48,005 nucleotides of DNA from Neovahlkampfia damariscottae (taxonomy: Eukaryota). Where the stretch lies: positions 124,001-172,005 of the forward strand of contig JABLTG010000017.1 of assembly GCA_016618085.1 (NCBI GenBank). The letters run 5' to 3'. Below are positions 1 to 13,258 of the stretch, one piece after another (the first letter of the stretch is position 1; every line of letters starts with the position of its first letter). The notes under the pieces are model-generated. The model ran no database searches. It saw only the letters and a program-made list of their open reading frames with translations, and was not told where the DNA came from. The position numbers and the translations under genes are program-made.

Positions 1-777
1 AACAAGTGGATATGAAAAAAATCCAGTCAATTTACAAAGATGAATATTTTGTTCTTCGTATGTCATCAAATTTGTCCAATAATATGTAAACAAGTTTAGA
101 TTTACTGTAATAATTCCCATAATTGGTGAAAATGATCTACTTTTTAATGGTTGATCATTTCTAAAATAAACATACAACAATATAAAAATGATGGCTAAAA
201 TTGTATCACCAACATAAAATGACCAATGAAGTCCCATTGCTCTTCCAGCCAGACCGATTGAATCACGACAAACTGGATATTGTGCTTTTTTATCTTGATA
301 GTTAAAATAAATCGGTTCACTCAATAGTGTATGTTTTGGTATCTTTTGAGTTTGGATCGGTGAATTTTCATTGGTGGCAAAAAAGGTGACTGTTTTGTTC
401 ATCACAAAAGTTGAATTGATTTTGAATGTGAATTGTGAAATACCATCTATTTTATCACTTAAAGTTTGTTCTGTATGAATGTCAAATAATTTACTTTGCA
501 AGTCAAATTCTGTATGGTTTTTTAGCACTTTTATGATGTTCGGAAAAATTATGAGAAAAAAAATTGAATCTTGTTGTGATAATTTGCTTGAAGAAAACCC
601 TACAGATGTCCATCCTTTCATTTGACGTGTCCTCAATCTATAACTTAAAAATGTTCCGTTTTTTTGTGTGTCAGGTGGTGTTATCTCTAGAAAACTGTTT
701 TTCCATATTATACATGGTAATTCTGAATAGACTAAACTTACAAAAACGAAGAAAAAAAACAGCGTTGTCTTCTTCAT
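1..777 (-). CDS. Multi-pass membrane protein (signal peptide, DOMON-like ectodomain, first TM helices; possibly a 7TM receptor), truncated by the window edge
   Basis: Stop-free minus frame from ATG 777 to base 1, so it is absent from the ORF track. Reads MKKTTLFFFFVFVSLVYSE (signal peptide), KGWTSVGFS (DOMON-like), then hydrophobic FYVGDTILAIIFILLYVYF-RNDQPLKSRS-FSPIMGIITV. Confidence 0.6.
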   Translation of the reverse strand, partial: MKKTTLFFFFVFVSLVYSELPCIIWKNSFLEITPPDTQKNGTFLSYRLRTRQMKGWTSVGFSSSKLSQQDSIFFLIIFPNIIKVLKNHTEFDLQSKLFDIHTEQTLSDKIDGISQFTFKINSTFVMNKTVTFFATNENSPIQTQKIPKHTLLSEPIYFNYQDKKAQYPVCRDSIGLAGRAMGLHWSFYVGDTILAIIFILLYVYFRNDQPLKSRSFSPIMGIITVNLNLFTYYWTNLMTYEEQNIHLCKLTGFFSYPLV

Positions 778-896
778 CTGTTCAAAAAATGAGCTGAATT
801 ATGATAGGTCAACGTTTTTGAAACTGAATTGTGGAAATAAAATCAAACCTGATGAATGTTTAAACCTTGTTTTTTATTATCATTTTCTTCTGTTCA

Positions 897-1103
897 TCAA
901 AATTTTGAGTGATAAAAATCAACTTCTCCTTTGGAATTTATGTATACGTGTTTTTTTGTTATAAAATCTCTCATACCAAGATGTGTCTCCATCTCTTCTG
1001 TTCTAATCATAGTAATTGTTATTCCATTTCCAAAAAAATCAGGATGCACTTTCCAACTTAAATCAGGATTTTTTTCTGTTATTCCAAAGCATTGTTTTGC
1101 CAT
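897..1103 (-). CDS. Hypothetical protein, last exon; short upstream exons are likely but the start is unresolved
   Basis: 68-aa ORF whose frame extends upstream to an AG acceptor near 1144. GT..AG intron-like segments lie at ~1144-1183 and ~1208-1235. Confidence 0.3.
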   Translation of the reverse strand: MAKQCFGITEKNPDLSWKVHPDFFGNGITITMIRTEEMETHLGMRDFITKKHVYINSKGEVDFYHSKF

Positions 1104-1357
1104 AAAAAAACCAATAGTTGAACGACCTGCAAGTGTCAGTTCTCTAAAATGAAGTGTTATTTGAATATTTTTTTTCTTTTTACTTCCAACTCTGTTTTCC
1201 TTGTTCTCTTAAAAAATTGGTCAATGTTAATTTACATTTTTCAGATATTTTTTCTCTTTATTTTTATGTTAAATGATGTTTTTCAAACTGTTCCTCCTGA
1301 CTCAGCAAACTCATCAGAATTTTCAACCAATAAAAATGAATAAAAAAATATCAAAAT

Positions 1358-2445
1358 TTATTTTTTTTTTTGAGGTATTTCTTTGACAAGAATATCACCA
1401 TATTTATCTATTAACTTCTTCATTGTTTCTTTTTTTTGTTCAATTGTCAAAAAATTTTTATCAGTGCAATAAATATTTTTAGCATTAAAATTGATGCACT
1501 TCCCATCATTAGATTTCAAAATACATTCAACAAGAGTAGAAATAGTATCAAATGAACAATATTTCAATGATAATTCAAAATATAAAGGATCATCAACACC
1601 ATAACATTTCTCAATTTCATTTCCATAAAATGATTGAATAAAATAAGGGTCACATTCTCTTGAAGATAAATAAGTGACTAAAGGTGAATCCTTAAAGAAT
1701 TTCTTTTTATCATGAACTTTTTGAATAGTTTTGATTGTAAAATCATATTCTTTCAAATCATGTCCCAGCAAGAGTAGTAAATAATAAGGTGACGATTGAT
1801 TTTCAAAATAAATAGAAAAATTATAATGTTCTATTAATGATTTTAAAACATTGAAAATTTCTTTTTTTTCTTCAGTGCCTCTTGATCGAAAGGTATTTCT
1901 GTTCATTGTCTGAAAAGGAAGCATATCACAACAAAATAACAAACCCAATGAATAACCTTCAACACGGTCACTATACTTTCTTGGAATATTTAATGGGTCA
2001 TTCCAGTTGTTAAAATTCCTAAAATTCAAAGAGTTATACTTTTCAAAAAATAATTTCCATTTTTTGAACGATCGTTCTCTCCAAATTGCATATTCTTCGA
2101 TAAGAGATAATTTATGATGCTCTATTATCATTTCATTTGATTTTTTCAATTGCTTCTTCCAGTAGGCTTTGTTTCCTTTTTCAATATTTTTGTTTTTATT
2201 GAAAGTGATGCTGACGCTTTTGTGAAACGAGAGAAGCTGTTGAAGTTTCTTTTTTGAAAAATAATCTTTTTTTGAGAAAAGAGATTCTCTATTTTCTTTT
2301 TTCTTTCATTTGAAACTGAGATATACAAATTGTACCAAAAGTAGTTTGTTTCACTGAATGGTTTAACAGTCATAAGTTTTTGTGATTCATTTCCTGATAG
2401 ATATGAAACTATTATGTCAAGTATTTCTTCTGGGCATTCCTGCAT
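1358..2445 (-). CDS. F-box-like protein (2 exons)
   Basis: N-terminus MQECPEEILDIIVSYL resembles an F-box. A 38-nt GTATAT..ATAG intron (~2289-2326) joins it in frame to ORF 1358..2149. ATTGG at 2485. Confidence 0.5.
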
Positions 2446-2639
2446 CTTGACTTTTTGCACAAAGTAAAAATAGAATAAAGTTTGATTGGTGGAAAATAAA
2501 ATAGAGAAGAACAATAAAAAGTGCTTTGAAATGAGATTTTGGTAGTCAGATAATGATTCAATTTCATTTAGTTGAATAAAGGAACTTTTGAAAATTTTTT
2601 TAAACAAATTTTTTATTCAATGCGCAGACCATTTTGAAA

Positions 2640-3133
2640 TTACCAAGGACTCATTGATTTTTGAGGTGTCCATAAATGTCCAACGAAATTCATTGCATCA
2701 CTTGCTTCATCATAAATAGTCCATGATTTGTATTTTTGTTTTATAAGTTTCTTCAAATCGTTTGGTAATTTTCCAAAACAATGAGCTTTAAATGATGAAT
2801 TTTCATCATTTCCGCCGATTGCTTTCATCAAATTTTCATAATTTTCTTTTCTTTCTTTGCTTCCATTTTCATTCATTTCAATGTGTTTGGAAAAAGAATA
2901 AACAGCTGAGAGTTGAATCAGAACTTTTTTTTCTTTTACAACTTACAATCAAACATTTCAATTAAAATGAAATTTTCACCACAAGAAAATGAACTACAAG
3001 ACATTTCTCCTTCTAACTCTTTTTTGTTGACATCAGCATCAAATTTCAAAAAAGCTTCTTTGTCCAGTATTTTTCCAATGAAAACAACTCCAGCTGTGAA
3101 TTTATATTCTTTAGGTGTTTGTAGTGTAGTCAT
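2640..3133 (-). CDS. Hypothetical protein (2 exons)
   Basis: ORFs 2936..3133 and 2640..2876 join in frame through a GTAAGT..CTCAG intron (..MFD-SVYSFSKHIEMNEN..). ATTGG at 3154. Confidence 0.5.
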
Positions 3134-3202
3134 GATTAATTTATTTTGATTTCATTGGTCAATTTTAAACCATTAAAAAAAGAATGAAATATTTGAAAAG
3201 AT

Positions 3203-6200
3203 TTATTGTTGACCCATTGCTTTTGCAAAATTTTCTTTATCAGTTTGATCAAGAGAATTAAAAATATTTTGTAAAACTTCATTTGGAATCATACTTTGAA
3301 TACCTTTCAAAATTGAAATGACATCAGGTTGAATTTTTTCATCAATAACATCCGAGTATAAAATTTTTGCAAATATTTTAATAATTTGAGGAACATTTTT
3401 GTTTTGATCTCCAAAAATTACATTTGAATTTGATTTAATCAAATCAACTAAATTTGAATGAACAATTTTTGCTTCAACTTTATCGCCTCCACAAGGAAGA
3501 CTGTTTATCCAGAATTCTAAAAGTTGATGTGTTTTACTATCATTCATATTTCCTTGATATTTGATTACTTTGAAAATTGCACTGACTGCATTACATGTAG
3601 CAGCAATATTCTTTTTATTTTTTGAATCTTTTTGTTGAATTATTGCTATTAATTTATTAACTGTATCTGTACTAATTTGAGAAAATGTTTGACCACCAAA
3701 TTGAGCAGTACAACCTAAACCATATGCAGCTGCTTGACGTACTTCCGGTTCTGAATCTTGTGAATAAGTGAATAAAGCAGGAATAACAATTTTATAAAAT
3801 TGATTTACAGCACCATTTCCAAATTCAATAAAATCACAAATTACACAAAGTGCAATTCTATGTTCATCTGTTCCATATTCAGGTTTTAACATTTCAACAA
3901 AAATTGGCCAATTAACTTTTGAGAAATATTGAACAAAAGTATTACCATGTGTTTTGAATAAAGAACCAATAAATTCTGAAATGGATGAAATGAATTCTGA
4001 TTCAAAATAAGAATCTTCTTGTAATTTATCTTTTTCTTCTTCATCAATATCTTCTTCTTGTAACATCAAATCAGTTTCTTTTTTACGTTTAACAGAATCT
4101 ATCAAAACTTTTGAAAGCATATTACAAATTGTTTCTAATTCTTGTGAATTTAAACAATTATCTCCACCATACTGAATTGTTTCATGAAGTGATTCAATAA
4201 AAATACTTGATGTTGGAATTGATGTTTCAACTTTAATTGCTTCTAATAAAGATGAAACAATATGATTTAATAATTGTTTAACTAATTGTGAATTTGTTGT
4301 TAAATTCTTTTCAATTGAAACTTTTAAACAATTAATTAATTCAGGTAATATTCTAGCTGCTGTTTCTCTAATTTCATCTAAATAAGCAAAGTTTAATAAA
4401 GGAATCATTAATTTTGTAATTTCTTCAACATATTTTAGCATTAATTCTTTTAAATCAACAATATAAGAATATAATAAATTGCATGCAGTATTTTTATCTT
4501 CTAATGTAGATGTTCTAATTGAAATTCTTTTTTCACCAACTCCTTTAATTGAAATTGTAACTGAATCCATTCCTTCTTCTTCTTCATATGCTTCTTCATC
4601 AGCATCTGCAACAATAACTTCTGGTTTAACAGAAGCACATTGAATAACATATGGAATAACATAATCTAAATATGGTGAAAATGATTCTTTTAAACATTTT
4701 GCAATTCTTGCATATGCTTGTTGAACATAATGAATTTGTGGATCATCTGATTCTAAATTATCAATTTGTGTTGATAATAATAATTGCATAACTTCTTGTG
4801 AATCGTTTCCAAATTTATCTTTTCCAACTGCTAATCCAACTAATGAAATACATTCCATTGCTCTTGCTCTTAATAATCTATCATTTTTTCCTTTTGCTTT
4901 TGATAAAATTTCTTTTAAAAATGGAACAATGTAATCATAATATTTTATGAATAAATCTTCTGCACAATCAGCAACTGCAGCAATTGATGATAATGCTTGT
5001 TCTTGAACAAATCTTGTTGAACTTTTTAATAAATCAAGTAATTTCGATAATAATGCATCTAAATAAGGTTGTATATCTGTTTTATCAGATTCTTCAACAA
5101 AATTAACAACAGCTGTAGCTGCATGAGATTGTACTTTTGGTACTTTATCATCCATAGCAGATAATAATGCTGGAATAACATTTTTATGAAAATTTTTTTG
5201 AATAATTGGTGAAAAATCAGTTGAAATTTGTGCTAAGCATTGAATTGCTGCATATCTAACTCTTGGATGTACATCTGAAAGTAATTTTACATTCATTCCA
5301 ACAATCTTTTCTAATTCACCTTCATATTGCTCAACACATCCTTCTGCTGTTTGAGCAATTGACATAATACCTGCATGACGATATTTCCATGATTTATGTC
5401 CCAAATAATTTGGAGCTAATTTAAAAATAGAAGGTGCAATTAATTCACCACCTACACTTAAAGCTAAACGATCTAATGATTCTAAACCAACATCATAATT
5501 TGTTAAATCTAAATCATCATCTTCATACTATAAATAGTGTTAAAAAACAATTAGGTTTACTTGATCAGCCCAATCTTCATCTTCTTCAATTTCAACCATA
5601 AATTCTAAACATGTTGGTACCATTGTTTCTACAAAGTTTTTAACTTTTCCAACAATTTGTGGTAATGATTCTGTTATTGAAATAATAGTTTCCATTGATA
5701 AATGTCTTAATTCTTCTGGTAAAGCTGTTGTTCTTGAAATAGTGAACATAGCTGTAAGAATACCATCAATATTCTTTTTGAAAAATCCTGGATATTGAAT
5801 TAAGATTTCAATGATTGCATCAAGAGCTTCTTTTGCAAAAACGAATTCTTGAGCACTTAATAAAGCTCCTAAACTCTTTTTTAAAAAAAAGTTAATTTTT
5901 TTTTTTTTAAACGTACACCTAATAAGAGAGGTACTAATTCCATAAATGATTGTTTTGATTTTTTTGTTTTCAAAACTAAAACGATACCTGAAGTAGCTTT
6001 AAAAGCAGCAATTTGAACTTTAAAATCATTATCTTTAAGACAAGCTCCCAAAATTTGTTTTAAATCATTCAAAATTCCTTTTATACCTTCTTCTAATAAT
6101 TGGTTAGCCAATTGTGAAAAAATGTTCAAAGAAGATTCACGTAATTGTGATGGTGTATTTGGTTTAACCCATTCAAATAAAATTTGAAAAAGCTCTGGAA

Positions 6201-6615
6201 AGTCGTTTTGAGCAAGTAATGAAGAACCAAAACTTGAAATAGCATATTCAAGTTTATGTCTTAAATGTGGTGATTTTTCATTTTGTAAAGCTTTTAAAAG
6301 TTCTTCTTTGACAACAGCTTTTAATTTTGTTGATAATTTTTCATATAATGAATCTTGGCCTCTTTCGGATAAATTCTTTCTAAGTAATAAAACAGAAAGT
6401 GCTCTGACCTATAAAATGATATAAATTTTAAAATATTTTTTTACTCCTTCATTTTTTGAACTATTTATGAGGTGTAAAAGTGAACTGACACAATAATCAG
6501 GAACTTGAGTTGACTTTTGAAAGTCTTCTTCGGCTCTTTTTCTTAAATCATTATCTGTTCCAAGAATATTAAGTAATACTTGTTCAAATTGTTCGATGGA
6601 AGGAAGTTGACTCAT
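3203..6615 (-). CDS. IPO5: Importin-5 / karyopherin beta-3 (Pse1/Kap121 family), 4 exons
   Basis: HEAT repeats with WKYRHAG, HPRVRYAA, LRARAMECISLVGLAVGKDKF, IRTSTLEDKNTAC and VRQAAAYGLG. Introns 6409-6444 (36 nt), 5876-5916 (41 nt) and 5528-5560 (33 nt) restore one frame. Confidence 0.93.
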
Positions 6616-6811
6616 TCTTTACAACAAGAAAATCACCAATTAAAATAGTTCAAATTGAAGCTCTTTTATTGGACAATTAGAATCCAATTCAAAATTGAGT
6701 CAAATTTAAATTAAATTTAACATTTTAAAATGTGTTTATTTTTTTAATACAAAAAAAATTGTACTTTATTTTCTTGTTGTCCAATCATTTTTTTTCATTG
6801 TGCAAAAAAAA
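6616..6811. promoter_or_regulatory. Bidirectional promoter (IPO5 / MYBBP1A-like) with four CCAAT boxes
   Basis: CCAAT at 6636, 6684 and 6781 and ATTGG at 6668, within 196 bp between divergent ATGs. Confidence 0.55.
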
Positions 6812-9094
6812 ATGGTCAAGAAAATTGAAAGGAAAACAAAAAAACAATTGAAGAAAGAAAAGAAAAAACTTCAAAATCCAAACAAAAAAGTAACCAAAAC
6901 TCCTATAATTGATAAACAACAAAAAAAACTCAAATACAACAACAAAAAGAAACCAAGTGTGAAACAAACACCAAAAGAAGTCCTTTCAAAATTGAACCAA
7001 AATTTAAATGATAAAAAGATCAAAGAACAAGAATTAACAAATTATTTAATCAGTTTACAAATCAAAAATTTAGTGGAAGAATCTGACAAGAAGGAGGCTG
7101 CTTCTTTACTTTCAACACTTTTGTCATATGGATTTTTCAATCTTGAAGGTTTAAAAAATTACAACAAAATTTTTGAATCAACTCAAAAACATTGTTTAAT
7201 TAAATTCTTCAGTTTATTAGAAGAAATTTATAGAACAAAACCAATCGCTGATTATTTTGATATTATTGATGTTGTTACTAAACATTTTCAAAAATTATCA
7301 AAAGAAGCAAAATTATTGGATGAAGAAATGCCAGAAGAACAATTGACTGCTTTTAATTCGTTCAATTTTGAAAATATTTTAAAGTTAGATTCAAATGCAC
7401 AAGAATTTGTCAAATTTTTAATGCTTTTGAAGTTCTTTCAATTTAAATCATTTTTTATGACCTCTGATGTTGTTGATGATTTGAAAATTTGTTTTGATAA
7501 AATTTTCATTCAAAAGGAATTTGAAACATCAAATTTTGAAGTTTTAATTGATTGTATGATGGTTATATTATCAAATTTAACAAATTTTCTTGTTCCAATA
7601 AAACAAATTTTAACTTTGTTTGTTGATAAATTTGATGAAAAAATTTGGAAATTGTTTATTGCTTCATTTGATGACTCAATGGATTCAGATTCAGAAGAAG
7701 AAAGTGGAGATGAAGAAGAAGAAGAAGGTGATGAAGAAGAGGAAGAAGAAGAAGAAAAACCATCAAAGAAAATGAAAAGAGATGAAAAAGTAGCTTCCAA
7801 AAAAGAAGAAGAAGAAGACTCAGATGATGAGGAAGAAGAAGATGACGAAAAATCCAGTGAAGAAGAAGAAGATGACGAAGAATCTAGTGAAGAAGAAGAA
7901 GAAGAAGAAGAAGAAGAAGAAGATGACGAAGAAGAAGAAAAAAAAAAAGTTGTTAATTCAGATGAAGACTCAGATGATCAAGGATATTGTTCATTGGATG
8001 ATGAAGGTATGTTTCATACTGATGCATTATTGGCTGAAGTTTTTCGTCAAAAAAGAGTTTTAATCAAAAGAAAAGAAAATCAAAAAAAATCATTGACAGT
8101 TTTTACCAAAGATGTATTAGATTTAATTGGTCATTTGATCAAAAACAATTCATCAAATAACAACAATATCAAAATGTTTTTAATTGATTATTTTATTCGA
8201 AAAATTTATAAATCAAAAGGAAGTATTAAAAAAGGAAGTAAAACATTCACTGTAATCAACAAATGTGTTAATATTTTACCTGAATTGTTTAAAAAAGTCA
8301 CACAAGAGAATTTCAGAGATCACACTAAAAAAGCATTAGAATATATCAAAATGTTATCTAAATTTGGAATCAAAGATTCAAATATGAATGATAAACTCAA
8401 AGGATACAAATTTCAAAAAATTATATTTTTCATGAAAGTTGTTGATGCCTATGGTAAAAAAGAAGAAATTCAAAATGGAATTGAAATTCTTGAAAATACA
8501 ATTTTTAATATTAATTCAATTGGACCAACTGCACATCATAATTTTCATTTAATTTCAAAAGCAGTTCCAAATTGGATTAGACCATCAAATTTTATTGAAA
8601 AATTGGAAAATTCAAAAAATCGTTTCACACAAGAAAATTTTTTGAAAATGATAACTTCAATGTTGAGCAAGGGAATATTTAAAAATGAAGAAGTTATTAG
8701 ACTTTTGAACTGTGTAATGAAATTCACAAAAGAAAGTGACACAATTTTGAAAGAACAAAATAAAGAGAAAAAAAGTGAAAGAAAAAAAATTACTGCTGTC
8801 AATTCAGTTATTAATTTATTTACTCTTGCATTCACTACATTTTTAAAAAAACATGAGAGTTCAAAAGATTTGAAAAAATTCATTCCAAAATTTATTGATC
8901 ATGTTAAATCACATGAAGATGTCTGGAAATTAGAAAGTCAAAGAGTTAATTTACTCAATGCTCTTGGATCACACATTGGCGCAAAAACTATTCTCTCAAA
9001 TAAACAAATGAAAAAAAATCAAAAATCTGATAAAATTGAAAAAAAAAATGAAAAACCAAAAAGTGAAAAAAAGAAAAAAAGAAAAAGAGAATAA
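6812..9094 (+). CDS. MYBBP1A / DNA polymerase phi (Pol5)-like nucleolar protein
   Basis: Long acidic tract followed by LDDEGMFHTDALLAEVF, like the Pol5/MYBBP1A DDEAMxxLDxxLAxxF motif. Lys-rich N- and C-termini. First ATG at 6812. Confidence 0.65.
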   Translation: MVKKIERKTKKQLKKEKKKLQNPNKKVTKTPIIDKQQKKLKYNNKKKPSVKQTPKEVLSKLNQNLNDKKIKEQELTNYLISLQIKNLVEESDKKEAASLLSTLLSYGFFNLEGLKNYNKIFESTQKHCLIKFFSLLEEIYRTKPIADYFDIIDVVTKHFQKLSKEAKLLDEEMPEEQLTAFNSFNFENILKLDSNAQEFVKFLMLLKFFQFKSFFMTSDVVDDLKICFDKIFIQKEFETSNFEVLIDCMMVILSNLTNFLVPIKQILTLFVDKFDEKIWKLFIASFDDSMDSDSEEESGDEEEEEGDEEEEEEEEKPSKKMKRDEKVASKKEEEEDSDDEEEEDDEKSSEEEEDDEESSEEEEEEEEEEEDDEEEEKKKVVNSDEDSDDQGYCSLDDEGMFHTDALLAEVFRQKRVLIKRKENQKKSLTVFTKDVLDLIGHLIKNNSSNNNNIKMFLIDYFIRKIYKSKGSIKKGSKTFTVINKCVNILPELFKKVTQENFRDHTKKALEYIKMLSKFGIKDSNMNDKLKGYKFQKIIFFMKVVDAYGKKEEIQNGIEILENTIFNINSIGPTAHHNFHLISKAVPNWIRPSNFIEKLENSKNRFTQENFLKMITSMLSKGIFKNEEVIRLLNCVMKFTKESDTILKEQNKEKKSERKKITAVNSVINLFTLAFTTFLKKHESSKDLKKFIPKFIDHVKSHEDVWKLESQRVNLLNALGSHIGAKTILSNKQMKKNQKSDKIEKKNEKPKSEKKKKRKRE
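7690..7975 (+). repeat. Coding GAA/GAT low-complexity tract (poly-Glu/Asp)
   Basis: (GAA)n runs and a near-duplicated GAAGAAGAAGATGACGAA..AGTGAA unit within the MYBBP1A-like CDS. Confidence 0.85.
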
Positions 9095-9098
9095 AATA

Positions 9099-12000
9099 TT
9101 ATTTCTTCTTTTTTGATTGATTAGATGGTGAATTATTCTTTCTCTTTTTTGTTTTTTTGATTTCTTCTTCTTCTTCCATTGGATCTTGTTCAATTTCTTC
9201 ATCTTCCTGTTGAATTTCTTCTTCTTCTTCCTCCATTGATCCTTTTGATGGATTTTCTTCTTCTTCTTCTTCTTCTTGTGTTTTTTTCTTTGATTTTGGA
9301 AGTACAAATATTCTGACACTTGAAACTTTCATGTCTTTCATGAAATTGACACTTGTCAAAGTTGATAATTTAATTAGAAATTGATCCAATTGTTCAATAT
9401 TAAAAATTAATTGAGGAAATAATCTACTCTCTTTTGTTATTCTTTTTAATTTTAATTTTTCTTCATTTCCTTGATTTGTATTATATTGACTAATTGAATC
9501 ATAGATTGAATTTGACAATAATGATTTTGTTTTTGAAATTAATTCATGAAATGATTTTGGAATGGTTTCTTTCTTATTTGTTTCTTTTTGAACATTAAAA
9601 ATGAATTGAACAATTTCTGATAAAAATTGATACAATTTTGTTGCTGTATCAAATAATGAAGTTGCAGGAATTGTTCCTAAATTCAATTTTAAGAACATTC
9701 CAACAATTTTTAAAATTTCAGTTAATTTCTTAAAAATTGAAGTTTGGATTTCAAATCTCTTGTTGACAGATTGAGATGACTCATGAATCAATTGTTCTTT
9801 TTAAATTTAAATATTCTTTTTTTTTTTTTACCTGTTTCTTGATCATACATTCTTTCTGTTTTTTTAAAATCAATTTCTAATTCAGCAATCATAAATGAAA
9901 TACTGGTTAATATAGATTCTGATATAGATTCATGTGATTCTACAGTTACAATTTCATTTTCAAATTGTGTAATTTGACTTGACTCACCAATTTCACCACA
10001 GACTGATTTAATATCTGATATTATTTTTTGAAGTTTTGATATTGAATCAAAAGAGAAAACTAAAGAACCAAAAAATTTGAAAATACTTTTAACTAAAGGT
10101 AAATGAGTCAATTTACATTTTTGACAAATATCTGTCACCCATTTTATATGAGAATTCAACAATGATTTATCTGTCATTAAGATAGAAACTGAATATAATA
10201 TATCAACAAGTATTTTAGTTTCATCAGAGAAAAATTCAATTCCTATTGAGCTCACAATCATTGCTTCAAATGATTGAAGCATATCATTCAAAACAACATT
10301 GGCATCTTCATTTTGATTATCAAACATCAATTCAATCCATTGTAAGAGATAATCAAGTCCAAGGGAATTCATAATGTGAAAGCATTCATTGAAATTCTTT
10401 GCCAAATGTTGAGAATATGTTTTCTTTTTCTTTTTGTCTTCTTCTGCGTTATCAAATTCTTCGACTAATTGACCTATTAAACTTTTAGATAATTCACTGA
10501 ATGTTGTGATCAATTCAGATGATTCTTTGAATTCATTGATGTTCTTTTTCAAATGATTCAATTGAGATTCACATAAATCCATAATAAAAAGTTTAAATTT
10601 GAGTGAAATATCTTGTTCTTTTTCTTGAAATATTTCTAACATTGAACTTGTAAATTCTAAACTTAAAAGTGGTACAAATGATTTTGAATCAAATTTAGAT
10701 TTTCCTTTCACTTTTGATTTCTTTAGTATTGTGGAATTTAATGTAGAATAATTTGTGTAAAGATTTGTGATTGAAGAAACTCTTTCTGTTAAATCCTTTT
10801 CTTCATTTGTCATTACATATTCCATCAACACTTGAAAAACTCCACATAACAATCCTCCTAAATTTTGATTAACTTTTCCTTCTTCAGTTGCTATTGAGTA
10901 TTCTGTTGAATCATCTAAATCAAAATCTTCAAGATTACAATTACAAATTCTATCAGAAAGTGATTCTAAAATCTTTTTTAATTCTATTATATTTTTAGAT
11001 TCTTTATCAATTTCTGAACTTTGAAATTCTAATTTGATCAATAAAAAAATTAAATCAGGAATTGGTTCAATTAATTCTGTTGTGTTAGAATTCACACATT
11101 TTTCAAGAACGATAGGATTTCCTGAAGATTTATAATATTGAAAGAAATGAGAAATAATGTATCCGGTGATGGTATCAATTAATTGAGGTTTATGATCAAT
11201 CACTTTTCTTAATCCTGTATACATCAATTTCTTCACTTCTGACTGTTGACTGAAACATCTTCTAATTGTTCCTAATATTTCAAAATCTAATGAACTATCA
11301 TTTGAGTTTGTGCTTGTACCAACTCTTGATGCTTTACTTGTTTTCAAAATGGATAAAAATCCATTTAAAGCAACTTCTCTTGATTGTAGATCCATGTTAA
11401 AAATTGATTTACGAAGAATTAAAATAGCATAATCTTGTAGTTCTGTTGATGTTTTGAATAATGGTTCGATTGCCTCCAATAACAAAGATGCTTCATCTGG
11501 TGATTGTAAAGGAAGATATTCAATAATTTCTTTGAATTTAGAAAATGACTTTTTGTGATCCATTAAAATCCCTCTATTTCTATCAATAATTCTTTTTAAC
11601 AATTCAATATAATGATGAACGTTTTCTGCTTTAATGATAATTCTGGTAAATATTTGCTCTAAAATATCCATTTTTATACTATCATGAATACCACAAATAT
11701 GTAACAATATACTCATTCCACATTCTGAAAGTTTTGTTCCTTTTTCTTCTGAAGAATCTTTTTGATCCATAAAGAATGTTCCCAAATTAATTACACTTTG
11801 AAGAATACAATCCCATCCATAATTTGTTCTTTTAGCAACTTCAATTATTTCATCAAAAATTTCTGAATTTGAAGTTGCTTTTGAAATTTGATAAAGTGGA
11901 GGTCTTGATAATTCAGCATTTGATTGTAAAATAGCTGATTTTATGAATTTATGAACTGAATCTGAAAAACTTGGAATATTTGCAATAGAAAGTAAAAAAG

Positions 12001-13086
12001 CCAAAGAAAAATGAGATAATGATATTTTTTGTGATTTCAATAATTTCATGAATTCTTTTCCAAGTTTCTAAAGAATAAAAAAAAAAAAGAAATTCAAGTA
12101 CTTGATCTTGTTTTACTGCAAAATTAATGTGTAATAAAATAGTTCCTTGACATGATGTCAATTTCTCTTGTTTATCAAAATTTACATCATTTTCTTGATA
12201 ATATTTTTCCAAAGCATCAAAATAATTCACAATTCCTTTTAGAATCAAAGACTCACATCCCTGTGAAAAAAATTAAAATTAAAATCAATATACTCTTGAA
12301 GATAATAATAATAATTGATAAATTGTTTGTGGTAATTCATTAAGTTCCAAGTTATTCAATTCTCTTTTAAAAATCAATTTTTTAAATTATCAATATTTTA
12401 CCTAATGCACTTTTCAACTACAATGTTCATATCATCTTCAGACATTTTTGATTCTTTAAAAGTTGTAATCATTTGAGATAGTTTTGATGAATCCCAAGTT
12501 GATAAGCATAATTCTGTTACTAGTCCCTTTTTCCATTCATATCCAGACTTTGATTCTCTTTTTGAATTTTCATCTTTCATGTAAATAAAAGAATTTGGTG
12601 TATGTAATAAAACGAATAATTTTGGTATTAAATCAAGACAATAAGTCACTTTTCCTTCACTTATAACCAAGAAATTGACGACATGTTGAGCAATTATAAA
12701 AATAACTTCTTCAGGTAGAAAATCCAACTAAAAAGTGAATTTTGAATTATTTACTTGTTCATTGATAACTTTTAAAAAGGAAGGAATTATTTCTTTTGAG
12801 TATTTTTCGGTTTGAATTAATTCTACAATTTTTTTGATGATTTTAGCTTTTTTCATGATGATTTTCTTATTTGTTTGTTGAAAGTCTGATAGAAATATTG
12901 TGAGATATTGACTTCATTACCAATTAAAAGTGCCTCTGCGAATTGTGATGGTTTTGAGCTATTTACAAGTATTTGGGTGAATTCTTTGAGTGGTTTATCT
13001 TCCAAGTATTTATTTAATTTCTCTAAAGTATCTTTTGAATTGGAGTTTTTATATTCTGTAGAAAGGTTGATTATTTCTTCTTCCAT
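9099..13086 (-). CDS. FANCI: Fanconi anemia group I protein, multi-exon
   Basis: CQGTILLHINFAVKQDQ, FSLAFLLSIA, ILILRKSIFNMDLQSREVALNGFL (monoubiquitination-Lys region), EILGTIRRCFSQQSEVK and C-terminal KESRLFPQLIFNIEQLDQFLIKLS..VNFM. ORF pieces are separated by short GT-AG introns. Confidence 0.9.
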
Positions 13087-13258
13087 TTTTTGCTTTTTTG
13101 TTTGTGGAGTTGTTGACTGGAAAAATTATTTGATTGGATACTCAATTTCAACTTTTTGGAGGTAAGAATTTTTTTTGAGGAAAACTGAATTTTGGGAGTG
13201 AGAAAGTTTGCTAGTTTCCACAGAGACTCAAAAAAAAATTAAAATTAAAAATTACAAT

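Noticed and set aside
564..797. Plus-strand 77-aa ORF and similar short ORFs opposite or out of frame within real genes (for example 7510-7800, 8545-8883, 21592-21972, 27126-27347, 44131-44407)
   Set aside because: Shadow ORFs of well-supported genes, with no motifs.
7824..8063. Poly-Lys ORF (also 8996-9319)
   Set aside because: Alternative-frame reading of GAA repeats that encode poly-Glu.
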